Source: Myxococcota bacterium (GTDB taxonomy: Bacteria; Myxococcota_A; Polyangia; Nannocystales; Nannocystaceae). Taken from it: a DNA stretch of 64,000 nucleotides. The DNA is taken from assembly GCA_039028615.1 (NCBI GenBank), contig JBCCHT010000027.1, positions 32,001 to 96,000 on the forward strand, given 5' to 3'. The notes beneath the pieces are model-generated. The model saw nothing but the letters and a program-made list of their open reading frames with translations, made no database searches and was not told the origin of the DNA. Shown here in pieces: positions 8,548 through 16,661 of this stretch. Position numbers and translations under genes: made by a program. The stretch's first letter is position 1. Every line of letters starts with the position of its first letter.

Positions 8548-10254
8548 ATGCCGCGCCTGCCCCTACCGCCCCTGTCCCGGATCGAGCCGAGCGAGATCCC
8601 GGCCGATTTCATGGCGGCGCTGGCGGTCTGCATCCTCGCGGTGCCGCAGGGCCTGGCCTACGCCACCATCGCCGGCCTGCCCCCGGTCATGGGCCTGTAC
8701 GCGGCCGCCATCCCCCCCATCGTCGGATCGCTGTTTCGCAGCTCCCGGCATGTCGTCGCGGGCCCGACCAACGCCCTGAGCCTCTTGGTGTGGGCTGCGG
8801 TGGCCGGGGTGTCGGACGACCCGGTGAGCGTGGCGCTGACCCTCGCGCTGATGGTCGGGGTCATGCAGGTCGCGGCCGGCATCCTGCGGCTGGGCTCGGT
8901 GGTGGACTACATCTCGGGACCGGTGGTGCTCGGCTACATCACGGGCGCCGGGGTGCTCATCGGCATCGGTCAGCTCCACAACGTCACCGCCACCACCGGA
9001 CCGCGCGGCAACCTGCTGACCACCGTTCAGGGCTGGATCCCCGTGCTCGACGAGGCCTCCACCCTCGCGGTGGGCATGACCGCGGGCACCGTCGGCGTGG
9101 TCATCCTCGTGCGCTTCATCAGCGCCAGGCTCGGCCGTCGCATCCCCGCCGCGGTGACCGCCATGATCACCGCGCTCATCGTCAACGTGGCGCTGGGGCT
9201 CGAAGATCGGGGGCTGAGGGTGCTCTCCGATCTGTCGCCGATCCCCTCCGGCTTCGCCATGCCCGAAGTCCCCCGATTGGCCGATCTGGGCACGCTGTTG
9301 CCCTTTGCCGTGGCCTGCACCGTGCTGTCGCTGGTGGAGTCGAGCGCGGTCGCCCGGTCCATCGCCGCCCGCACTGGCCAGCGTCTCGACCCCTCCACCG
9401 AGTTCGTGGGCCAGGGCATGGCCAACCTCGCCGCCGGTTTTTGGGGCGGCTACCCCGTCAGCGGCAGCCTGTCTCGCTCCGCCCTCAACGAGCGCGGCGG
9501 CGCCCGAAGCCGCCTGTCCGGGATCCTCTCGGGCGTGCTGATGATCGGGGTGCTGCTGGTCTTTGGCCCCACCCTCGACCACACCCCCATCGCCAGCCTG
9601 GCCGGGCTCCTCATCGTGGTGGCCTGGGACCTGGTGGACGCGCCTCGCATCCTGCGAACGATGCGGGCCTCCTGGGGCGATGCGTTGGCGTTCGTGGTCA
9701 CCGTGCTCGCCACCTGGATCTTCTCGCTCGACATGGCGATCTACCTGGGCGTGGCGTTCAGCCTGGTCTCGTTCCTCCAGCGCGCGCGCCTTTTGGTGGT
9801 CCGCGAGATGGTGCACGACGAGGAGGGGCAGTGGCAGGAGCGCCCGGCGGACGAGGGCTCCGACGATGGCCGGATGCCGCACGTCCGCGTGCTGCAGATC
9901 GAAGGACCGCTGTTCTTCGGCGCCATGGGTGAGCTCTTGAGCTCGCTCGAGGACGTGATGCGCAACCGCGACGTCTTGGCGGTAGTGCTGCGGCTCAAGC
10001 GAGCCCAGGGCATGGATGCCACCGCCGCCGACGCCCTGGCCGGCATGGCCGAAGCGGCCAAGCAGCGGGGGCAGAGCCTGATTTTGGTGGGGTTGAGCCC
10101 GGACATGCTCGAGGTGCTCAAGCGCTCCGACGCCGCCTTGGCCTTCACGCCCGAGCACCTGCTGCTGGCCAACAAGACCCGATTCGTGGCGCTGAACGAG
10201 GCATGTCGGCTCGCCAGCGACTATGTCGCGAATCACGCACCCTCGCCCGACTAG
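8548..10254 (+). CDS. SulP/SLC26 family anion transporter with C-terminal STAS domain
   Basis: AVPQGLAYATIAGLPPVMGLYAA, GPT, GSLSRSALN, many TM helices and a STAS domain (IEGPLFFGA...MDATA). ATG at 8548. Confidence 0.93.
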   Translation: MPRLPLPPLSRIEPSEIPADFMAALAVCILAVPQGLAYATIAGLPPVMGLYAAAIPPIVGSLFRSSRHVVAGPTNALSLLVWAAVAGVSDDPVSVALTLALMVGVMQVAAGILRLGSVVDYISGPVVLGYITGAGVLIGIGQLHNVTATTGPRGNLLTTVQGWIPVLDEASTLAVGMTAGTVGVVILVRFISARLGRRIPAAVTAMITALIVNVALGLEDRGLRVLSDLSPIPSGFAMPEVPRLADLGTLLPFAVACTVLSLVESSAVARSIAARTGQRLDPSTEFVGQGMANLAAGFWGGYPVSGSLSRSALNERGGARSRLSGILSGVLMIGVLLVFGPTLDHTPIASLAGLLIVVAWDLVDAPRILRTMRASWGDALAFVVTVLATWIFSLDMAIYLGVAFSLVSFLQRARLLVVREMVHDEEGQWQERPADEGSDDGRMPHVRVLQIEGPLFFGAMGELLSSLEDVMRNRDVLAVVLRLKRAQGMDATAADALAGMAEAAKQRGQSLILVGLSPDMLEVLKRSDAALAFTPEHLLLANKTRFVALNEACRLASDYVANHAPSPD

Positions 10255-10506
10255 CGCGAATTCGGTCGACCTCGTTTCAGTCGGTTGCAACGCGACTCAA
10301 CGGATTGAAACACCGCCCAGGCCACGACCGGCGGCTCGTTCCAGGCGCAAATCGGCTGAAGCTGACCGTGGGCGGAAAGAAAATTCCGGCGGCGGGAAGA
10401 ACATCGGCTCGGTCGTCATCCCGAGTGCACGCCCCCACGGCCCCGCCCGAATACCGGGCGGCGATCGACCGTGGGTGGTGCAGGCCAACGCCGCCGCAGC
10501 CCGATC

Positions 10507-11550
10507 ATGTCCCACGCAGCTTCCGTCCGATCGCAGTCCGTCTCGCTCCTCCGTCTGATGCCGCTGGCGCTCATGCTGAGCGCGTGCGCGGGCAACAACT
10601 CCCGCGCGCCGTCGACCCCGCCGGGCGCCCATCATTCGTCGTCTCCCGCGATGGCCACGTCGCCGCAGGGCCCCGAGTCGATCGTCGTCGCCTGCAGCTA
10701 TCCCGTCACCGCCGACATTCGGATCAGCGATGGCAACGACAAGGTGCTCCGCACCGACGGCGAGTTCTGGGTCAACGGCGATCGGCTCGGCGTCGGCGAG
10801 TGGCTCACGCCGTCGCGCTACGTGGTCTATGTCCCCAGCTGGGGTGATCGCTGGTGGATCGGCGACCTGTCCCGCGACGGCATGCTGACCACCACGGTGG
10901 AAAACCAGTCGGAGATCTTCGATGCGCGGCCCAGCCACCTCGAGCCCTATACCGATGCCCACGCCCGACCGGCGGACGGCGACATCCGCATCAACGAAGG
11001 CACCCACGGCAAGGTCATCACGCCGAACGGGCACTTCATCGTCGACGGCAAGCGACTCGGGACCGGGCGCTGGGTGACGTCGACGCGTTTCGTGGTGTTC
11101 GTCCCCGCCTGGGGTGACCTGTGGTGGGTGGGCGAGCTCGACCGCGAAGGCATGCTCACCGCCACCGTGCAAAGCGACGCGGAGGCCGTGCAGCACCGTC
11201 CCCAGCACCGCGAGCACTGGACGTCGGCGGGTCCCTTCGGCCGCTCCGCCACGGTGACCATCAGCGACGGCAACGTCAAGCACATCGCCCCGGATGGCGA
11301 CTTCGTGGTCAACGGCGAGTCCCTGGGCCGCGGACAGTGGACCTCGCCGAACCGCTTCGTGGTGTTCGTAGAGCCCTGGGGCGGCCTGTGGTGGGTGGGC
11401 GAGCTGGTCCCTGGCGGCATGGTGACGATGACCGTCGACGAACCCGCGAAGCTGGTCGACGCCCGGCCGCAGCACTTCGAGGCGTACCCCTTCGCGCAGG
11501 GCTGCGACGAGGGCGAGTTCCCCGGGCCCGAGTCAGTGCCGCCCGCCTGA
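10507..11550 (+). CDS. Putative lipoprotein made of three tandem ~85-aa Trp-rich repeats, function unknown
   Basis: Lipobox LMLSAC. Three repeats of I(S/N)xGxxKxxxxDGxFxVxGxxLGxGxWxxxxR(F/Y)VV(F/Y)VxxWGxxWW(V/I)G(E/D)LxxxGM. Start at 10507 or 10558. Confidence 0.75.
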   Translation: MSHAASVRSQSVSLLRLMPLALMLSACAGNNSRAPSTPPGAHHSSSPAMATSPQGPESIVVACSYPVTADIRISDGNDKVLRTDGEFWVNGDRLGVGEWLTPSRYVVYVPSWGDRWWIGDLSRDGMLTTTVENQSEIFDARPSHLEPYTDAHARPADGDIRINEGTHGKVITPNGHFIVDGKRLGTGRWVTSTRFVVFVPAWGDLWWVGELDREGMLTATVQSDAEAVQHRPQHREHWTSAGPFGRSATVTISDGNVKHIAPDGDFVVNGESLGRGQWTSPNRFVVFVEPWGGLWWVGELVPGGMVTMTVDEPAKLVDARPQHFEAYPFAQGCDEGEFPGPESVPPA

Positions 11551-11574
11551 CGGGGCGGGGTCGGCTCGACGCGC

Positions 11575-12552
11575 TCAGTCCTGCAGCTTCAGCTCTCGGA
11601 GTCGCCGCCACAGCGTGGTCCGGCTGATCCCCAGAAGCTCGGCGGCTTGGCTCTTTTGCCCGCCGCTCATGCGCAGCGCCTCGCGAAGTCGTTGACGCTC
11701 GGCCTCTTCGGGGTCGGGCTCGCGGCCGCCCTTTTTCACGTTGGGCGGCAGCTCGCCGCGCAGCTCGGGCGGCACCTCCTGCGAGGTGAGCACCGGCCCC
11801 TCCCCGACCGCGAACGCGTACTCGAGCACGTTGTGCAGCTCGCGGACGTTGCCCGGCCAGTGGTAGCTCATGAGCATCTCGTGGACCTTCTCGTCGATCG
11901 CCTCGATGCGCCGCGGGCCCACGTTGTTGAGCTCGTCGATGAACGACCAGGTGAGCGCCTCGATGTCGCCCGTGCGCTCGACCAGGGGCGGGATGAAGAT
12001 CGGCACCACGCGAATCCGGTACATCAGGTCCTCGCGGAAGCGCCGCGCCTCGACCTCCTCGCGCAGGGACTTGTGGGTCGCGGTGATGAGCCGCAGATCG
12101 ACCGTCTTCGGGTCTGTACCGCCCACCGGGACGAAATTGCGTTCTTGGAGCACGCGGAGCAGCCGCGCCTGGATGTCGAGGCCGAGCTCGGCCACTTCGT
12201 CGAGGAACACCGTCCCGCCATCACCCAGCGTGAGCAGCCCGCGGCGATCGGAAACCGCCCCCGTGAAGGCGCCGCGCACGTGGCCAAAGAGGGTCGACGC
12301 GGCCAGCTCGGGGGTGAGCGTCGCGCAGTTGACCGCCTTGAAGGCTCGATGCGCACGACCGCTCAGGGCATGGATCGCGTGCGCGGCCAACTCCTTGCCG
12401 GTTCCCGTCTCTCCGCGGAGCAACACGGAGGCCTCGGTCCGCGCCACGCGACGCAGCAGCTCGAACAGATCCCGCATCTGCGGCGAAACGGTGAGCATCC
12501 CGTGGAAATCCGTGGGCTTCGTATCGGGGCGGCGACGTTGGGCGATGCTCAC
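11575..12552 (-). CDS. Sigma-54-dependent transcriptional activator (AAA+ plus Fis-type HTH) lacking an N-terminal sensor/receiver domain
   Basis: GETGTGKE (Walker A), GAFTGA, FLDEV (Walker B), FREDLMYR, WPGNVREL and the HTH AAELLGISRTTLWRRL. Start uncertain: GTG 12552 or ATG 12615. Confidence 0.9.
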   Translation of the reverse strand: MSIAQRRRPDTKPTDFHGMLTVSPQMRDLFELLRRVARTEASVLLRGETGTGKELAAHAIHALSGRAHRAFKAVNCATLTPELAASTLFGHVRGAFTGAVSDRRGLLTLGDGGTVFLDEVAELGLDIQARLLRVLQERNFVPVGGTDPKTVDLRLITATHKSLREEVEARRFREDLMYRIRVVPIFIPPLVERTGDIEALTWSFIDELNNVGPRRIEAIDEKVHEMLMSYHWPGNVRELHNVLEYAFAVGEGPVLTSQEVPPELRGELPPNVKKGGREPDPEEAERQRLREALRMSGGQKSQAAELLGISRTTLWRRLRELKLQD

Positions 12553-12663
12553 GACCCTTCGGTAGATGCCTCGGCTCGGAAGTGCACGCAATGATTTTCC
12601 GAGACTTTCGCCCATGACAGTGCCAGATTGAGTCGTCAGCGGACATCGACTGTTGCGGCCCCC

Positions 12664-14283
12664 ATGAAACGACGGACCTTTCTCAACCGCGTAGCGGGTA
12701 CCAGCCTCGCCGCCGGAGCGGGCGCGTACGGGCTCCTCCGAAACCCCTCCCCTGCCAGCGCCGAAGGCTGGGGGGCGTGGCCCACCGATCGGCTCGACGT
12801 CGCCGTCCCGCCCGAGCTGCGTGCCAACAAGGTGCTCGAGCTGTGCTTCCACGGCGGAATCTCGCAGTGGGAAACCTTCTACTCCGTCCCCGAGTGGGGC
12901 GAGGGGATTCGCTTCGCACGGCTCTTCGAGGACGACCTCGGCCTCCGTCCGCAGGACGTCTACAACGAGATCTGCGAGCTCGACGAGCTGGGCAACGACC
13001 CGCGCGGCAACCCGATCGAGCGCTTCAACTACTTCGCCGACGACAGCAACGGACTGCCCATCAACCTGGGGCCGTGGCTCTATCCGCTCAAGCAGCGGCC
13101 CGACATCCTCGACCGCATGCGTGTCGTGGTGCAGCGGCACAACCAGGTCGCCCACGAGGGCGCGAACCCGCTGTCCTTTACCGGGCACTTTTTGGGCAAC
13201 CCCCGCATGGCCGGGCTGGGCTCCGCCATCCAGCGGCACTTCAGCGAGCGCCCCAATGGTCAGCGTGCGCTGCCCTACTCATACGTGCTCTACCCGGGCG
13301 GGGCCGGGTTCTCGGGCTTCAACGCCGCCTCGGCGTCGTCCATCGGCTTTCATCCCGGGTCGGCACGACCGCTGAACGTGACCGTCGCCGCCGACTCGGT
13401 GCTCACCCAGCTGCTCGCTCGCCCGGCGCTCGGCGGTGGCAATACCGAGGCCTTCGACGACCTCATCTCGCACTACGCCGATCGCTACCGCAGCCGCTTC
13501 CGGCCTCGCGGTGTCGGTCAGCCCACGCGGTCGGTCGAGCGTGACAACTACGAGTTCGCCAACTTTGCGCGGCGCAACGCCCCCGAGCTCATGTCGGTGC
13601 TCGACCCCTCGCTGTTCACCGCGCTACAAGGCTCGACCTGCGGCGATAGTCCGGCCTTCCCCGCCGACACCAGCGCCGACCCGGACATGCCCGCCATGAT
13701 GGCGCGGATGGCCCGGCGCCTGCTCGGCCCCACCGGCGACGCCCGCTACGTCTGCTGGATCGACACCGGGCTCTTCCCCCGCCCCGAGGTCGGCTACGAC
13801 GTGCACCAAGAGCACGTCTCCTTCACCTCCCGCTCCGTGCCGCACACGATGCAGCAGCTCGCCGACAGCATCCGCGGCCCCGGCAACATGGAGGGTGACG
13901 ACCTCATCGACCTCGACGAGACGCTGGTCATCCTCAACATGGAGTTCGGCCGCACGCCCGTCCGCCAGACACCGACCAGCTCCGGCACCAACCATCACCC
14001 GTGGGGCTACGTGAACGTCATGATCGGCGGCCCCACCGGTCGCACCGGGGTGAGCGGCTCCCCCTCGCGGGGGGTCTACGGGGCCATCGAAGAGGTCGAC
14101 GGCTCCCAGCTCGGCTACGCGTCCACCTTCGTGACCCCGGCCGAGAACCGCGTCATGGCCCTGTCCGCGCTCGGCATCTATCCGTTCTCGTCACAGAGCT
14201 TCGCCGTCGCCGACATACGGGCGGGCGATACCGAAGAGGAATCCGCGGAGTGGATCCGCAACCAAGCCTGGGGGATCGGCTGA
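12664..14283 (+). CDS. Tat-exported DUF1501-like protein
   Basis: Twin-arginine leader MKRRTFLNRVAG, HGGISQWETF, and the C-terminal signature YDVH...EFGRTP...GTNHHP. Confidence 0.75.
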   Translation: MKRRTFLNRVAGTSLAAGAGAYGLLRNPSPASAEGWGAWPTDRLDVAVPPELRANKVLELCFHGGISQWETFYSVPEWGEGIRFARLFEDDLGLRPQDVYNEICELDELGNDPRGNPIERFNYFADDSNGLPINLGPWLYPLKQRPDILDRMRVVVQRHNQVAHEGANPLSFTGHFLGNPRMAGLGSAIQRHFSERPNGQRALPYSYVLYPGGAGFSGFNAASASSIGFHPGSARPLNVTVAADSVLTQLLARPALGGGNTEAFDDLISHYADRYRSRFRPRGVGQPTRSVERDNYEFANFARRNAPELMSVLDPSLFTALQGSTCGDSPAFPADTSADPDMPAMMARMARRLLGPTGDARYVCWIDTGLFPRPEVGYDVHQEHVSFTSRSVPHTMQQLADSIRGPGNMEGDDLIDLDETLVILNMEFGRTPVRQTPTSSGTNHHPWGYVNVMIGGPTGRTGVSGSPSRGVYGAIEEVDGSQLGYASTFVTPAENRVMALSALGIYPFSSQSFAVADIRAGDTEEESAEWIRNQAWGIG

Positions 14284-14286
14284 GCC

Positions 14287-16650
14287 ATGACCATCCATCC
14301 CTACCGGTTCACGATCGCGCTGTGCCTGGCGGGCACCCTCGTGGGCTGCCGCGACGACCAAGCCGTCCCGCCGCCGCACGACTCGAGCTTCCCCGATGGC
14401 ATGGACACCACCGCGGGCACCGAGCCTCCGCCGAATCTCGACGGTGGCTCCGACGATGGCGAGCCCGAGGCGCCCGAAGCCGAGCTGTGTGACGCCGGCG
14501 ATCAGGCCTGGGTTCACCGCGCCATCACCTTCATCCAGGGTCGTCGTCCGCAGAGCATTCGCGAGGTTCGGCTGCTGGCGCAGGCGATCGAGCAACTCGA
14601 CGAAGCCGGCCTCGACGGTCGTCGTCTCGTCGCCCTGGCGCTCGCGCAGGGGCCCCTTTATCGCGAGCGCTGGCACGACTTCTTCTACGACCAGCTACGG
14701 GTGCACCGTCGCGGCGACCAGCGCAACCCGCTGTGCTACGGCGTGGCCACCGATGCCGCCGACGACACCACGCTGGCCACGTGGATCCGAGACAACCCGG
14801 CGGAGGCACCCACCTCGTGGCCGCAAGACGTGACGATGTACGACGTCGTGCGCAGCTCCTTGCGCCTCGATGACATCTCGCCGGCCTACAGCGCCAACCT
14901 CTTCGCTCGCATGGGCACGCCGATCACGGGCGGCAACGTCACCCGGGCCGAAATCGAAGCCACCAACCGTTCCTCCTACGGCAAGAGCTTCGAGAGCCAG
15001 TACCTCGGCCGCATCACCGAGTGCCTCGGGTGCCACGCCACCCACGACGCGGTCACCAACGCCTTCGGTGAGTTCGACCATCACTGGCCCGTCTACGAGG
15101 ACGCGCACTTCGAGCTGGCCGTCTACGGCCCCTTCGACGACAACAACGTGCTCGCGGAGCCAGAGGTCCACGCGATCTTCCGCCACGCCGGCTTCGTCGA
15201 CTACAGCTGGTGCGACGACGACAGCCCGGACTGCAACGTCGACGACGCGGTCGGGCTGCCCGCGTGGGGCCTCGACTTCAACTGCGGGCTCTTCGATCCC
15301 AATGCCGCCGTCGACCCGCTCGCCGACCTCGGTGACGTGCCCTATATGGCCGGGCCCTTCGCGAACGGCGAGGCGGCCACGCTCTTCGATCTCGAGCCGC
15401 GCTTCCGTCGGGGCCTCGAGGTCCTGGCCGACCAAGGTGTCGAGGCCGGCAACGACGGCGCGCTGCAGGACCCCACGGTGGGGCTGGCGTTCCTCTTTGC
15501 CCTCAACGTCTCGGGCGAGGTGTGGAAGGAGGCGATGGGCTATCCCTTGGTCGTCGCCAATCGCTTCCCTCGCAACCAGGCCCAGCGCGACATCCTCGGG
15601 GCGCTGGCCGAGTCGTTCTGGAGCAGCCACTACTCGCCGCGGACGTTGATCACCGACGTCACCCTCCATCCCTACTTCAACCAGTCGCCCCCCGACCGAT
15701 GCGAGGCCTCGACCCCGTATCACCTCGCGGCCGTGTTCGACCCCTTCACCAAGGAAGCCGACGATCCGCAGCAGCGAGGCAACGGCGTGGGTGACATGGT
15801 GCATCGGCACGGGGCTCGGGTCCTGCTCGGCTCGACCCTGCGGGCGCTGTGGTGGCCCCTGCCCGAGGACTTCGGGGGTCCGGCCACGCCCAACTACGCG
15901 TTCTTGGTGCCCTACGTGACCGAGAACATCGCCAACCCGCCGCGCATCAGCGTCGACGTCGGCTATCGCAACCCGCACTACGTGCGCGCCGACGGCCCCT
16001 ACTCCGCCAACCTGTGCGGGGCCGGCTTCGAGGAGCCCTGCGTCGATGCGCCCACCAACGTCGAGCTTCTGCGAGACATCGGCGTGTTCATCAACGACTC
16101 CGAGGGTGGCTTCAACGGGCTGGACTTCGCCGGCCTGCTGCACTGGGAAGAAGAGCTCGCCGACGGCTTCGACCCCGTTCTGGGGGGGACCTGCACCGGA
16201 CCCACCGCGCCCGCGTGTCCCCCCGCCGACTTCATCGATACGTTGGTGGCCGAGGCCGTCGCCGACTCCAGCTGGTTGATGTGGGACCTCGCCGTCGCGC
16301 TCAAGGATCGGCTCATCACCGACCCCCGACTCGACGACCCCGACGAGATTGCGCTCATGGAGCGGCTCATGGAGGTCTCGCTCGACGACACGGTGGCTGA
16401 GGTCGGTGCCCCCGAGGCCGTGGCCGCGGCGCGACGCCTGACCGGCGCATTGCTCAATACCCCGCAGTTCATGCTCGACGGCGTCACTCCGCCGCCGGTC
16501 GATGCCAGCGACGACCCCACCATCATCGTTCCCGGCATCGAGACCCAGCGACTATGTCAGGACTTCGTGGCGCTCGCGGCCGAGTCCTCGGCCTGGGATA
16601 CGCTACAGGCCACATGCGACGGGGAAACTCTGTCCGTCTCGGCCGACTGA
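14287..16650 (+). CDS. Lipoprotein with a single CxxCH heme-binding motif; probable partner of the DUF1501-like protein
   Basis: Starts 3 nt after the upstream stop. Lipobox LVGC and motif ECLGCH. The pairing is typical of myxobacterial and planctomycete DUF1501 operons. Confidence 0.7.
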   Translation: MTIHPYRFTIALCLAGTLVGCRDDQAVPPPHDSSFPDGMDTTAGTEPPPNLDGGSDDGEPEAPEAELCDAGDQAWVHRAITFIQGRRPQSIREVRLLAQAIEQLDEAGLDGRRLVALALAQGPLYRERWHDFFYDQLRVHRRGDQRNPLCYGVATDAADDTTLATWIRDNPAEAPTSWPQDVTMYDVVRSSLRLDDISPAYSANLFARMGTPITGGNVTRAEIEATNRSSYGKSFESQYLGRITECLGCHATHDAVTNAFGEFDHHWPVYEDAHFELAVYGPFDDNNVLAEPEVHAIFRHAGFVDYSWCDDDSPDCNVDDAVGLPAWGLDFNCGLFDPNAAVDPLADLGDVPYMAGPFANGEAATLFDLEPRFRRGLEVLADQGVEAGNDGALQDPTVGLAFLFALNVSGEVWKEAMGYPLVVANRFPRNQAQRDILGALAESFWSSHYSPRTLITDVTLHPYFNQSPPDRCEASTPYHLAAVFDPFTKEADDPQQRGNGVGDMVHRHGARVLLGSTLRALWWPLPEDFGGPATPNYAFLVPYVTENIANPPRISVDVGYRNPHYVRADGPYSANLCGAGFEEPCVDAPTNVELLRDIGVFINDSEGGFNGLDFAGLLHWEEELADGFDPVLGGTCTGPTAPACPPADFIDTLVAEAVADSSWLMWDLAVALKDRLITDPRLDDPDEIALMERLMEVSLDDTVAEVGAPEAVAAARRLTGALLNTPQFMLDGVTPPPVDASDDPTIIVPGIETQRLCQDFVALAAESSAWDTLQATCDGETLSVSAD

Positions 16651-16661
16651 GGGCGAGCACC

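Noticed and set aside
12610..12626. TGGCAC on the minus strand upstream of the sigma-54 activator as a second -24/-12 promoter
   Set aside because: The -12 element reads GG rather than GC at the required 10-nt spacing.
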